A stretch of DNA of 62,658 bases, the filler included. It is 7 parts of 7 records of this genome, joined end to end, with 100 filler letters (N's around TTAATTAATTAA, not from the genome) between each part and the next. Parts side by side here need not be neighbours in the genome. Positions count along the whole stretch, not along the records: positions 46,712 to 55,863 come from DRR723986_14824; positions 55,964 to 62,658 come from DRR723986_14841; 5 more parts are not named here. One strand, written 5' to 3'. Position numbers and translations under genes: made by a program. The notes beneath the pieces are model-generated. The model ran no database searches. It worked only from the letters and a program-made list of their open reading frames with translations, and was not told the origin of the DNA. Of this stretch, positions 49,210-60,121 are shown piece by piece (position 1 is the first letter of the stretch; each line of letters opens with the position of its first letter).

Positions 49210-51105
49210 ATGATCCGCTCAAAATATTATTTATTCAGTGTCATTTCAATTTTTTTCTTAGCCTCATGTGGTGCGGATGAAACAGTTGAAAATGAAGAAG
49301 TTTCAAATTCAGATTCGTTAGCTGATTTTCCTATTGATTATCACTCTTATTCCAATGTTTATGATGTTTATACATCTCACTTGCACTTGAATATTAATGT
49401 TGATTTTGATTCAAAAACGATATCAGGCTCGGTTGATCACGATATTGTAAATAAAAACGGCACCAATAAAATGGTGTTTGACATCAATCAATTGGATATT
49501 GAAAAAGTGCTTCTTGAAGATTCAGAGGAAACGGCTTTTGAAATAGGAGAGCATGATGACCTATTAGGAGCTCCGCTAACTGTGGATATTACACCTGAAA
49601 CTAAAAAGGTAAGCATTTTCTTTAAAACATCACCTGAGGCAAATGCTCTACAATGGTTATCTAATCAGCAAACTGCGGGTAAAAACAATCCCTATTTGTT
49701 TACGCAAGGACAAGCAATTTTAACCAGAACTTGGATTCCGTGTCAGGATACGCCTGGAAACAGAATAACTTATTCAGCTGATGTTCAAGTTCCAAATCAA
49801 TTAATGGCCGTAATGAGTGCTGATAATCCTACCGAAAAAAGTGCGGATGGTAAGTATCATTTTGAAATGGATAAACCTATCCCTTCATATTTGATAGCTT
49901 TAGCGGTTGGTGATTTAGAATTTGCTTCACTAGGGGATAGAACAGGTGTGTATGCAGAGCCTTCAATGATCGATAAATGTGTTTATGAATTTGTTGATGT
50001 AGAAAAAATGGTAATTGCAGCCGAAGAATTATATGGTGAGTATAAGTGGGGTAGATACGACCTAATTGTACTTCCACCATCTTTTCCTTTTGGAGGAATG
50101 GAGAATCCTAAGTTAACATTTGCAACACCAACTATTTTAGCTGGAGACAGATCTTTGGTTTCATTAGTTGCTCATGAATTGGCGCACAGTTGGTCAGGTA
50201 ACTTAGTTACTAATGCTACTTGGGATGATTTTTGGCTGAATGAAGGATTCACTGTTTATTTTGAGAACAGAATCATGGAGCAGGTTTACGGAAAAGAGTA
50301 TGCTGATATGTTAATGCAAATTGAATATCAAGGTTTAGAATATGAAAATGAGGATATCAGTGCCGGAGAATTTCCTGAAGACACGCACTTAAAATTGGAT
50401 TTAGAAGGTAGAGATCCAGATGAAGGAATGACTGCAATTGCCTATGTTAAAGGCGCATTTTTCCTAAAAACATTAGAGGAAAAAGCAGGAAGAGAAACGT
50501 TTGACGCCTTTTTAAATAAATACTTTGCAGATCATGAATTTCAAACATTGACGACTGAAGATTTTGTTGCCTATTTAGAAGATAATTTATTAGCTCCAAA
50601 TGATCTAGAATTCAATGTAGATGAATGGGTATACGGTAAAGGTATCCCTGATAACTGCGTGAAAATTGAGTCAGACAAATTCGCCAAAGTGGATGAGAAA
50701 TGTGAATTAATTACTCAAGTAAATTCGGCAAAAGAGCTGGAGATTTCTGAGGATTGGTCAACACATGAGTGGTTGCATTTTATCAGACACATTCCTGGTG
50801 ATGCTGATGCTGATGACCTTGCCATGCTAGATGCTGAATTCAATTTTAGTGACTGTGGTAATTCAGAGATAATGGCTGAATGGTATGTGCTGTCTATCAA
50901 GTTAGGCTATGATAAAATTAATAATCCAATGAGAGAGTTTTTAGTGAATGTTGGGCGTAGAAAGTTCTTACAACCTATTTACACTGAACTTGCGAAAAGT
51001 GATTCAGGATTAGCATTAGCTAAAGATATCTACAAAGATGCAAGACCAAATTACCATTCAATTTCCTATATAACCATAGACGAGATTTTGGGTTGGGAAA
51101 GTTAA
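49210..51105 (+). CDS. M1 family aminopeptidase (LTA4 hydrolase-like), lipoprotein
   Basis: GGMEN, HELAH-x18-E (WLNEG) and GRRKF motifs; lipobox LASC. Confidence 0.93.
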   Translation: MIRSKYYLFSVISIFFLASCGADETVENEEVSNSDSLADFPIDYHSYSNVYDVYTSHLHLNINVDFDSKTISGSVDHDIVNKNGTNKMVFDINQLDIEKVLLEDSEETAFEIGEHDDLLGAPLTVDITPETKKVSIFFKTSPEANALQWLSNQQTAGKNNPYLFTQGQAILTRTWIPCQDTPGNRITYSADVQVPNQLMAVMSADNPTEKSADGKYHFEMDKPIPSYLIALAVGDLEFASLGDRTGVYAEPSMIDKCVYEFVDVEKMVIAAEELYGEYKWGRYDLIVLPPSFPFGGMENPKLTFATPTILAGDRSLVSLVAHELAHSWSGNLVTNATWDDFWLNEGFTVYFENRIMEQVYGKEYADMLMQIEYQGLEYENEDISAGEFPEDTHLKLDLEGRDPDEGMTAIAYVKGAFFLKTLEEKAGRETFDAFLNKYFADHEFQTLTTEDFVAYLEDNLLAPNDLEFNVDEWVYGKGIPDNCVKIESDKFAKVDEKCELITQVNSAKELEISEDWSTHEWLHFIRHIPGDADADDLAMLDAEFNFSDCGNSEIMAEWYVLSIKLGYDKINNPMREFLVNVGRRKFLQPIYTELAKSDSGLALAKDIYKDARPNYHSISYITIDEILGWES

Positions 51106-51124
51106 TCGAACAAAAAGTAATTTT

Positions 51125-51159
51125 GAACCGTTTCAGTTTTCTGGGACGGTTCTTTTTTT
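51125..51159 (+). terminator. Intrinsic terminator
   Basis: GAACCGTTTCAG-TTTT-CTGGGACGGTTC followed by T7. Confidence 0.8.
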
Positions 51160-51162
51160 GGC

Positions 51163-51188
51163 TGTAACTTTTCCCTAAATTGATCGTC
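51163..51188 (+). promoter_or_regulatory. Putative ECF-sigma promoter
   Basis: TGTAAC-N16-CGTC between the terminator and the next ATG. Confidence 0.5.
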
Positions 51189-51199
51189 CAACAAGTACC

Positions 51200-53716
51200 A
51201 TGAAGAAAGGACTCGTTTTTTCATTTCTCATCTTAATTGGATTTGCATCCTTTGGGCAATACGTTGTAAAAGGCAATGTCTATGATGAAAACCAACAAGG
51301 TATTCCTGGTGCTAGAATTGCCATGCAGAATTCAACCTATGGGGTCCCTACGAACGCAAAAGGAGCTTACTTTCTTGAGGTAGATACTCCTGGTGAAGTG
51401 ATTATCACTTATTCTATGCTTGGGTTTGAACCAAAAACAGACACGATTCAGGTGACCGATCAAATTGTTGTCCATGATGTGGTTTTGGTAGAACAATCAC
51501 TCTCTTTGAACACAGTTGAAATCTATGCTGATAAAAGAGATGTTGCAAAAGAAGTAATGAAAGCTGTTATTGATAACAAGAAAAACATGCAGCGGCAGTA
51601 TGAGAGTTATCAATGCTACACTTATATCAAAACAAGTTTAGAAAAAGAGAATCGCTTCCCTATGTTTAAGCAAGAGGACGAACCAGAAGGAAAGCAGAAA
51701 ATGAATTTCATAGAATCTTATGCACTCAGTAAATTTCGAGCCAGTAACACTTATAAAGAGCAAGTAATTGCTCATCAAGATTTCTCTGATAAGGGGGCAA
51801 GTTCAGTAGTTGTAAGTGCCGATTTTTCTAATCCAAATAGTATTTTACCTTCACAATCAATTGAGTATAATCCATACATCTTTTTTGAAAAAATAGAAGA
51901 TGGAGATTTTGACTTGTATCAGAATTTGATTGAATTGCCTAAAGTAAGTTCAAAGCCTATGGTCTCTCCTGTAGCCTTAAATGCTTTTGTAAACTATAAA
52001 TTCTATTTAAAGTCCGTTTTTATAGAAAATGGTGAAAAAATCTATGACATTATTGTTGAGCCTAGATTTAAAGAGGCTGCCCTCTTTTCTGGGAACCTAT
52101 ATATTATTGATTCTCTTTGGGTGATTAAATCAATGGATTTATCAATCAATTCAACATCCATGGATTATTTTAAAGACTTTAGAATAATTCAAGATTACGA
52201 GCAAATAGATAGTAATTGGGTGCCTGTTAGACGCGAATTTATATACACGTTAAATGATGGGTCGGATGTTGTTATGGCTAATACAAGAGTGAATCATTCT
52301 GATTATCAGTTTGATCTTGAGTTTGATAAAAACGAATTTAAAAATGTCATCATGACCTATGAGGATGATGCTTTTGACAAGGATAGCACCTATTGGGCCG
52401 AGACTAGACCCATTCAACTTAATGTTAATGAATTGGCCTTTATTGCAGAGCAAGATAGCATAGCTAAAGAACGAGAATCTGATGAATACATAGATAGCGT
52501 AAATACAGAGTACAATAAAATTTTGTTTTGGGATGTAATTTTGAGTGGCGTTGGATTTAGAAATCGTGAAAAGAAGCGTGAAATTTATATTAACCCGCTG
52601 ATCAATCAGGTTCAGCCTTTTGGTATTGGTGGATATCGTCACCGACTTGGAGGGTCTTATTCTAAAGAATTCGAAAATGCCCAGAAAATAAGAGTAAGAG
52701 GCGATATTGATTACGGGTTCAGAAACAAGGATGTAAAGGGTCAACTGAATACCGAATACACGTTTCTACCCAAAAAGTTTGGTAGCTTTGAGGTTGGAGC
52801 CGGTGACATATATGATTTCGTAACTTTTGAGCAATCGATCAGTAATTTTTTCAGTAGAGGTAATTATGTAAGAAAAACCTTTGTCTCTCTGAGTCAACGA
52901 CTGGAATTATTTAATGGGCTCTATGGAAGATTATCTTACGATTATTCAAAACGCGAAAGTATCGCAGGATTAGAATTAGCACCTTGGGCTGATTCTCTTG
53001 GATCATTGCTCGGATGGCAGCCACCACAGCCTTACGAAACCTATACTGTTTCAATTTTCGAGTTGGAATTTTTATATCGATTTAAGCAAAAGTATATCAT
53101 AAAAAAAGGTAAGAAAATTGTTGTTGGGACCCAGTTTCCTGAACTTCGCTTGACCTATAAAAAAGGTGTTCCGGATATGTTTGGGAGTGATGTGAATTTT
53201 AATTTTATTGAGATTGGAGCATCAGATGAAATCACTTTTGGAACCTTTGGAAAGATGAAATGGGACGTAGAGGCTGGATCCTTTTTGGGCGATCAAAACA
53301 ATCTGGACCAGATTCAATTTATTGAACGAAAATTCTTCAGAGGATCAGATCTCTTTTTCTTCTCAAATCCCTTGATGACAATGCAATTGCTGGATTCTAC
53401 ATTTAATACAGTAAGACCATACATGCAGGCTTTTGTGATTCATCACTTTAATGGAGCTTTATTAGGAAAGGTGCCTTTAATTAATAAATTGAAACTTGAA
53501 CTGGTTGGAGGAGGCGGAATCCTATTGATTGATGATATTAACTATAGACATCTTGAGTTCTATGCAGGTATTGAACGTAAAATTAAAATTCGTAGACAAT
53601 TATTTAAGTTGGCCGTATTTTATGTCGTCAGAGAAAACAATCAGGCCTCGGTCAATTTTAACTTCAAATTTGGCCTTGATTTCTTTAATTCATGGACAAA
53701 TACTTGGTCATGGTAG
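51200..53716 (+). CDS. Carboxypeptidase-regulatory-like domain + DUF5686-type outer membrane protein
   Basis: Signal peptide, VKGNVYD..IPGA..GAYFL, 'KDSTYW...RPIQL...E' and aromatic beta-strand C-terminus. Confidence 0.75.
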   Translation: MKKGLVFSFLILIGFASFGQYVVKGNVYDENQQGIPGARIAMQNSTYGVPTNAKGAYFLEVDTPGEVIITYSMLGFEPKTDTIQVTDQIVVHDVVLVEQSLSLNTVEIYADKRDVAKEVMKAVIDNKKNMQRQYESYQCYTYIKTSLEKENRFPMFKQEDEPEGKQKMNFIESYALSKFRASNTYKEQVIAHQDFSDKGASSVVVSADFSNPNSILPSQSIEYNPYIFFEKIEDGDFDLYQNLIELPKVSSKPMVSPVALNAFVNYKFYLKSVFIENGEKIYDIIVEPRFKEAALFSGNLYIIDSLWVIKSMDLSINSTSMDYFKDFRIIQDYEQIDSNWVPVRREFIYTLNDGSDVVMANTRVNHSDYQFDLEFDKNEFKNVIMTYEDDAFDKDSTYWAETRPIQLNVNELAFIAEQDSIAKERESDEYIDSVNTEYNKILFWDVILSGVGFRNREKKREIYINPLINQVQPFGIGGYRHRLGGSYSKEFENAQKIRVRGDIDYGFRNKDVKGQLNTEYTFLPKKFGSFEVGAGDIYDFVTFEQSISNFFSRGNYVRKTFVSLSQRLELFNGLYGRLSYDYSKRESIAGLELAPWADSLGSLLGWQPPQPYETYTVSIFELEFLYRFKQKYIIKKGKKIVVGTQFPELRLTYKKGVPDMFGSDVNFNFIEIGASDEITFGTFGKMKWDVEAGSFLGDQNNLDQIQFIERKFFRGSDLFFFSNPLMTMQLLDSTFNTVRPYMQAFVIHHFNGALLGKVPLINKLKLELVGGGGILLIDDINYRHLEFYAGIERKIKIRRQLFKLAVFYVVRENNQASVNFNFKFGLDFFNSWTNTWSW

Positions 53717-53837
53717 GTGTTTAATCCTAGATTCTAAATGGTTTAAGGGTACTTTTTATCATTTTGTCGATTTTCTGTTTAAAATTAAGCAACTAGCAGT
53801 TTTTGATTACGTCTTGCTTAAAGACAACTCAAATTCT

Positions 53838-55863
53838 ATGAAAACATTAAGAATTGCCCTAATCCTTTTATTTACGCTTTCATTGACTGCCGTAAATGCA
53901 CAATTTCCTGGATGTCCGACTGTGGATGCGGGAGTAGATCAAACCCTGCCTTGTGCAACAAACTGTACAAATTTAACAGCGACACCGTTTCATGCTGGTG
54001 CCACCAATACTTATACAGTTGCATCAATTCCACATGCGCCACCAATTGCTTATAATCAAGCAGGAGGTACGGTTGTCTCTGCTGGTACTGATGATGTCTG
54101 GAGTCCTGTAATTAATCTACCTTTTCCTTTTTGTTTTTATGGTCAAACCTATACAACTTGTAAAGTAGGATCAAACGGCGCGATAGATCTTGGGCCGGCT
54201 GCTGGAGGTGGTTATCATCCGTGGAGTTATACTCAGGATTGTCCTAATGCAGGATTAACAGATGATGGAGATATTTTCGGTGTTTTACAAGATATTGATC
54301 CTTCAGTATGTGGTCAAATTAAATGGTATTTGTTAGGAACTGCGCCTTGTAGAATTTTTGTCGTTTCGTTCAATAATATTTGTCATTATAGTTGTACGAA
54401 TTTACAATCTAGAACAATGATGGTTTTATATGAAACTACTAATGTTATAGATGTTTACGTAGAGTCAAAACCAACTTGTGGTGGCTGGAATGGAGGTCAT
54501 GGAATTATCGGTATCCAAAACCAAACAGGAACTGCTGGAATTGCTGCCCCTGGAAGAAATACGAATCCAGGTAACTGGACAGTAAATACTCCAGAAGGTT
54601 GGAGATTTACTCCAAATGGTGCACCTATTTATACTGTTGAATGGTATGATGGGGCAACGCTTTTAGGTACAGGAAACAATATTAATGTTTGTCCTTCAGG
54701 AACTTCTACCACTTATACTGCTCAAGTTACTTATACAAGATGTGATGGTGTTCAGATAGTTGAAACCGATAATGTATCAGTCAATTATGGTAATTTACCT
54801 GCGCCAGCTGTTGCAACAGGAGATGAAACCTGTGATGGTGCCAATGATGGAACTGTTTCCATTGATAATGCGCCGGGATCAGGCCCGTATACAGTAGATA
54901 TTGCAGGTCCTTCTAATCAACAATTTATAGAGCCGAATACGGCTGGAGGAATTGCGAATTTCTCTGGTTTACCAGATGGCAATTATACATACACAGTTAC
55001 GGATGCAGGAGGTTGTACTTTTACAGGGAATTTTACGATCAATCCTGGACCAACATGTTGTACAGTTGCAGCTGTTGGAACTGATTTGTTATGTAATGGA
55101 GATAATTCGGGGACGGTTACGGCCAATCCTACAGGGTCTGCTCCATTTAGCTATTCATGGACTAATGGTGCTGGAACAAATCAGGTGGGAACGAATTTAC
55201 CCGCGGGATCCTACACTGTTACCTTAACTGATAATATTGGATGTACTGCGAATGCCAATGTCGTGATAACTGAACCGGCTGCGTTAAATGCAACTGATAC
55301 TCCTACAAACGTTTCATGTTTTGGATCTTGTGATGGTCAAATCGATATTACTGCACCTTCTGGTGGTACACCACCTTATCAATATAATATTAACGCTGGA
55401 GCTTTTAGTGGAGCTTCGTCTTTTACAAATTTATGTCAAGGATCCTATAATGTCATCATGGAAGATGCCAATAATTGCCAGTTCATCATGGCAGGAATCA
55501 ATGTGACAGAACCAACGGATTTAACTTTAGCTGAAACAGCTAATACTGCAGCAACTTGTGGATTGTCGAATGGATCATTCACAGTAAACGCCGGCGGGGG
55601 TACTCCTGCATATCAATATGATATCGGAGGAGCTCAACAGGGTTCTCCAACCTTCAATGGTTTGGCATCAGGTGCCTACAACGTCACTGTTACGGATGCT
55701 AATGGATGCACTGAAACTATCGTAGTTAACATTGGAAATGCAGCAGGACCTGTTCCAGTTATTGATTCTCAATCACCAGTTACTTGTGCGGGAGGATTAA
55801 ACGGATCTGTTACTGTAAGTGCTTCAGGTGGGTCTGCTCCTTATCAATTCAGTTTAGATGGTG
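53838..55863 (+). CDS. Large SprB-repeat adhesin-like protein (probable T9SS cargo), 3'-truncated
   Basis: Signal peptide MKTLRIAL..., 'LPFPFCFYG..Y....VGSNG' domain, repeated C.G...G...GGT.PY.Y..L..G.Y.VTVTDANGC units. Confidence 0.85.
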
Positions 55864-55963
55864 NNNNNNNNNNNNNNNNNNNNNNNNNNNNNNNNNNNNN
55901 NNNNNNNTTAATTAATTAANNNNNNNNNNNNNNNNNNNNNNNNNNNNNNNNNNNNNNNNNNNN
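55864..55963. other. Artificial contig-joining spacer
   Basis: N44-TTAATTAATTAA-N44. Confidence 0.98.
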
Positions 55964-55971
55964 ACAGCTCT

Positions 55972-57702
55972 ATGACTACGAAACCCAAGGCTAAGAAATT
56001 TCGCATTCGTCGCAGCGCCGCCCCCGGCGGAACGCCCGGCAATGCAGACAGCGCTGGCGCTGGTGTACGTCCTGTGCCTGCGCAAGCTGCACAACCTGTT
56101 GCAACGCCCGCCTCTGCCAACGCCTCGGAACAGCAGCGTGCGACACGCGCACAGCCGCAGGCCAAACCACGGCCCAAACCAACCCCTCAACCCACGGCTG
56201 AGGAAACGCCTACACGCGCCCTCAAGGGGCAGGTAGATTCCGCGCAAGCCGTCGAATCTGAAAACACCATTGACGCGATCAAACGCGAAGGTCTGACAGG
56301 CCGTCAGTTGCGCATGGCGCGACGCGTGGCCCAAAAGCACAATTTGCCCGCCACATCCGACTACGATGCAGTTCGCTTGCTGCGTGAAAAGGGTATCGAT
56401 CCATTCAAGCGATCCAACATGCTGGAATTGGTCGTCCCCAAATCTGACGCCAACGCAGTCACCGAAGACACCAGTAGCGAAGCCAAGGTTCAGTTACCCC
56501 AAACCTTGCAACCTGCCAAACAAACCCTGCCCTCGACCGATCTAAGCCCTGCACAACGGCGCGATCTCGAAATCGGCCAGATGCAGCGTGACATCGCGCT
56601 GAGACGACGCAAAAAGATGTTGCTCTTGTTGACGCGACTTTCTTTTTTCGTCATTTTGCCGACGCTGATCGTTGGATTCTACTTCTATCGTGTGGCAACA
56701 CCGATGTTTGCCTCCAAATCTGAATTCCTGATCCTGCAAGCCGACAATGCAGGCGGCGGGATCGGTGGTCTTTTGTCGGGGACACAATTTGCCACCAGTC
56801 AAGATTCAATCGCGGTTCAATCTTTCTTGGAATCCAAAGAAGCCATGTTGCGGCTCGACCGCGATGACGGTTTCAAAAGCCATTTCTCCGAGGAATGGAT
56901 CGATCCAATTCAACGACTGCCTGTTGGCGCAAGTAACGAAGCGGCCTACAAAATCTACTCACGCATTGTCAGCATCGGATATGACCCGACCGAGGGCGTC
57001 ATTCGGATGGAGGTGTCGGCTGCGGATCCCCAAATTGCCGCCCAGTTTTCGACCAGCCTGATCTCGTACGCGGAACAGCGGGTGAACGATCTGTCCGAGA
57101 CCAAACGCGAGGACCAAATGCGAGATGCGCGTGTGAGCTTTGAAACCGCGCAAAAAGAACGCCGTAACGCCCAAGAGGCGCTGGTCACCCTTCAACAAAA
57201 AGGGTCGATCCTGGATCCCGAAGGCGTAATCGCAGGAAAACGGTCGCGGATTACCGGGCTTGAAGTTCAAATTCAAGAAAAAGAGCTTGAACTTGCAGCG
57301 CTTGAGGATAACCCCCGCCCCAACCGTGCCAAGGTGGACGGTGCTAAAGGGGATATCCAGCGATATAAAGAGCTGCTCAACCGTCTGAACGCCGAAATGA
57401 TTGATGCCTCAAACGGCGAAAACTCTCTGGCCCAGCTTGCCGTCCGCATTCAGCTGGCCCAAGCAGATCTGGCCTCGCGTGATATGATGCTCCAATCCGC
57501 ACTGCAACAGATGGAAACAACCCGGATGGAAGCAAACCGACAGGTTCGCTATCTCACGACGTCGGTTCAACCCGTCGCCAGCGAGGAAGCCAGCTATCCA
57601 CGTAAATTTGAAAACACGATCCTTGCGTTTTTGCTGTTCTCGGGTGTCTACCTGATGATCTCACTGACTGCTTCGATCCTCCGTGAACAGGTATCATCGT
57701 AA
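55972..57702 (+). CDS. Capsule export inner-membrane protein (KpsE-like) with long N-terminal extension
   Basis: Two TMs flanking a coiled-coil periplasmic region; FVILPT..YFY..ATP.F and terminal YP..TM motifs. Confidence 0.8.
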   Translation: MTTKPKAKKFRIRRSAAPGGTPGNADSAGAGVRPVPAQAAQPVATPASANASEQQRATRAQPQAKPRPKPTPQPTAEETPTRALKGQVDSAQAVESENTIDAIKREGLTGRQLRMARRVAQKHNLPATSDYDAVRLLREKGIDPFKRSNMLELVVPKSDANAVTEDTSSEAKVQLPQTLQPAKQTLPSTDLSPAQRRDLEIGQMQRDIALRRRKKMLLLLTRLSFFVILPTLIVGFYFYRVATPMFASKSEFLILQADNAGGGIGGLLSGTQFATSQDSIAVQSFLESKEAMLRLDRDDGFKSHFSEEWIDPIQRLPVGASNEAAYKIYSRIVSIGYDPTEGVIRMEVSAADPQIAAQFSTSLISYAEQRVNDLSETKREDQMRDARVSFETAQKERRNAQEALVTLQQKGSILDPEGVIAGKRSRITGLEVQIQEKELELAALEDNPRPNRAKVDGAKGDIQRYKELLNRLNAEMIDASNGENSLAQLAVRIQLAQADLASRDMMLQSALQQMETTRMEANRQVRYLTTSVQPVASEEASYPRKFENTILAFLLFSGVYLMISLTASILREQVSS

Positions 57703-57705
57703 ACC

Positions 57706-58539
57706 ATGAAACATGTCCAAATCGTCGATCTAACGATCGGAAATGACCGCCCCCTGACCATCATCGCTGGCCCCTGCCAGCTCGAAAGCGCGGATCATGC
57801 GCAGATGATCGCAGGCCAGATGAAAGAAGCCTGCGATGCCGCAGGCGCACAGTATATTTTCAAAGGGTCATTTGACAAAGCCAACCGTACTTCGCTCAAC
57901 GCGGCCCCCGCACTGGGCATTGAAAAGGGGTTGGAGGTTCTGCAATCGGTCAAGGACACCATCGGTGTCCCCGTCACAACAGACGTGCACGAAAAAGAGC
58001 AATGCGCCCCAGTGGCCGAGGTCTGCGACATTCTACAGATCCCTGCCTTTTTGTGCCGCCAAACCGCCCTGTTGAAAGCGGCCGGTGCAACAGGTGTGAC
58101 CGTGAATGTCAAAAAAGGTCAGTTTCTCGCGCCTTGGGACATGCAAAATGTCGTGACCAAAATCGAAAGTACCGACAACCACAAAATCATGCTCACCGAA
58201 CGCGGCGTGAGCTTTGGCTATAACCGTCTGGTTGTCGACATGCAGTCCTTGCCGGAGATGGCGCGCACTGGATACCCGGTGATCATGGATGCGACTCACA
58301 CCGTGGCACAGCCCGGTGGATTGGGCGGCTCATCTGGTGGTCAACGCGAATTTGCCCCCCTTATGGCGCGCACCGCAGTCGCGGCCGGCGTGGCCGGGGT
58401 TTTCATGGAAACCCATCAGGATCCAGACAACGCCCCCTGCGATGGCCCCAACATGATTTACCTCCGTGACATGCCGCACCTGATCAACACGCTGATGGCT
58501 TTTGATAAATTGGCCAAGGCCAACCCAATCGAAATCTAA
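57706..58539 (+). CDS. kdsA: KDO-8-phosphate synthase
   Basis: AGPCQLES, FDKANRTS, QIPAFLCRQT, KKGQFLAP and DATH motifs. Confidence 0.96.
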   Translation: MKHVQIVDLTIGNDRPLTIIAGPCQLESADHAQMIAGQMKEACDAAGAQYIFKGSFDKANRTSLNAAPALGIEKGLEVLQSVKDTIGVPVTTDVHEKEQCAPVAEVCDILQIPAFLCRQTALLKAAGATGVTVNVKKGQFLAPWDMQNVVTKIESTDNHKIMLTERGVSFGYNRLVVDMQSLPEMARTGYPVIMDATHTVAQPGGLGGSSGGQREFAPLMARTAVAAGVAGVFMETHQDPDNAPCDGPNMIYLRDMPHLINTLMAFDKLAKANPIEI

Positions 58540-58562
58540 CCTATTCTATCGAGAGTATTGAT

Positions 58563-60059
58563 ATGACCAAACCTGTTCCCGAGGTGTCTCCAAACACCTG
58601 GAATTTCTTGCGTGATGCAATGATCAAGCCCACCGGGTTTCGCGAATATGATGCCCGCTGGAAATACCCCGAAGAAATCAACCTGCCAGGCATGACTGCC
58701 TTGGGTCTGGGTCTGGGCACGCAGATGCGCAAACGGGGGATTGAACCCGTGATTGCGGTTGCCAATGACTATCGTGACTACTCGTTGGCGATTAAAAACG
58801 CCCTGATCCTTGGCCTGATGCAGGCAGGTATTCAGGTCAAAGACATCGGTCCTGCGGTTTCCCCCATGGCCTATTTTAGCCAATTCCACCTTGATGTACC
58901 CGCCGTTGCAATGGTCACCGCCAGTCACAACCCCAATGGGTGGACCGGTGTTAAAATGGGCTTTGATCGCCCCCTGACCCACGGCCCGGACGAAATGTCA
59001 GAACTGCGTGATATCGTTCTGAATGGCGAAGGCATGCCACACGCGGGTGGCAGTTATGAATTCGTTGATGGCGTCAAAGAAGCCTATCTCGACGATCTAG
59101 TTGGCGATTTCAAAATGTCACGCCCGCTCAAGGTCGTCTGCGCCACCGGCAACGGCACCGCCTCTGCCTTTGGTCCTGAATTGTTCGAACGTATTGGCGT
59201 CGAAGTCGTGCCCAGCCATAACGAGCTCGACTATACCTTTCCGCATTACAACCCAAACCCCGAAGCCATGGAAATGCTGCACGACATGTCCGACAGCGTC
59301 AAAGCCAGTGACGCGGATTTCGCACTTGGATTTGATGGTGACGGCGACCGCTGCGGCGTTGTGGATGACGAGGGCGAAGAGATATTTGCCGATAAGGTCG
59401 GCGTGATCATGGCGCGTGACCTCAGCAAGATTTATCCCAATGCCACCTTTGTCGCGGACGTGAAATCCACCGGGCTGTTTGCTGCCGATCCTGAACTTCA
59501 GAAAAACGGTGTCACTGCGGACTACTGGAAAACCGGACACAGCCACATGAAACGGCGTGTCAAAGAGATTGGTGCGCTGGCAGGGTTCGAAAAATCCGGC
59601 CACTACTTTCTCGCCGAACCCATCGGGCGTGGCTATGACTGCGGTATGCGCGTCGCAGTCGAGATCTGCAAACTGATGGATCGCAACCCCGACATGAAGA
59701 TGTCTGACCTGCGCAAGGCACTGCCAAAAACATGGTCGACCCCGACGATGTCACCCTACGCGGCAGATACCGAGAAATACGATATTCTGGAACGTCTGGT
59801 GCAAAAACTGGTCGCAAAACACGAGGCCGGAGAAAGCTTTGCAGGGCGTGCGATCAAAGAGGTTGTCACTGTAAATGGCGCGCGCGTCATTCTGGACAAT
59901 GGCAGCTGGGGTCTGGTGCGCGCATCGTCCAACACACCCAATCTGGTTGTCGTGTGTGAAAGCAGCCAAAGCGAAGCAGAAATGCGCGCCATTTTCGCGG
60001 ATATTGACGCTGTCATCCGGACCGAACCCGGTGTCGGCGATTACGACCAAACGATCTAA
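58563..60059 (+). CDS. Phosphomannomutase/phosphoglucomutase
   Basis: TASHNP, FDGDGDR, GFEKSGH and LVRASSNTP motifs. Confidence 0.93.
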   Translation: MTKPVPEVSPNTWNFLRDAMIKPTGFREYDARWKYPEEINLPGMTALGLGLGTQMRKRGIEPVIAVANDYRDYSLAIKNALILGLMQAGIQVKDIGPAVSPMAYFSQFHLDVPAVAMVTASHNPNGWTGVKMGFDRPLTHGPDEMSELRDIVLNGEGMPHAGGSYEFVDGVKEAYLDDLVGDFKMSRPLKVVCATGNGTASAFGPELFERIGVEVVPSHNELDYTFPHYNPNPEAMEMLHDMSDSVKASDADFALGFDGDGDRCGVVDDEGEEIFADKVGVIMARDLSKIYPNATFVADVKSTGLFAADPELQKNGVTADYWKTGHSHMKRRVKEIGALAGFEKSGHYFLAEPIGRGYDCGMRVAVEICKLMDRNPDMKMSDLRKALPKTWSTPTMSPYAADTEKYDILERLVQKLVAKHEAGESFAGRAIKEVVTVNGARVILDNGSWGLVRASSNTPNLVVVCESSQSEAEMRAIFADIDAVIRTEPGVGDYDQTI

Positions 60060-60064
60060 ACTCC

Positions 60065-60099
60065 TGTCCAAGCGCGGCACTCAGCGCGGCGCTTGGACA
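60065..60099. terminator. Hairpin between convergent genes
   Basis: TGTCCAAGCGC...GCGCTTGGACA 11-bp arms; no U-tract. Confidence 0.5.
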
Positions 60100-60121
60100 A
60101 CCTAAGCTGACCTAAACTCGT

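Noticed and set aside
53529..53837. N-terminal extension of the adhesin ORF overlapping the DUF5686 gene
   Set aside because: A clear signal peptide starts at ATG 53838; the upstream part is a chance open frame
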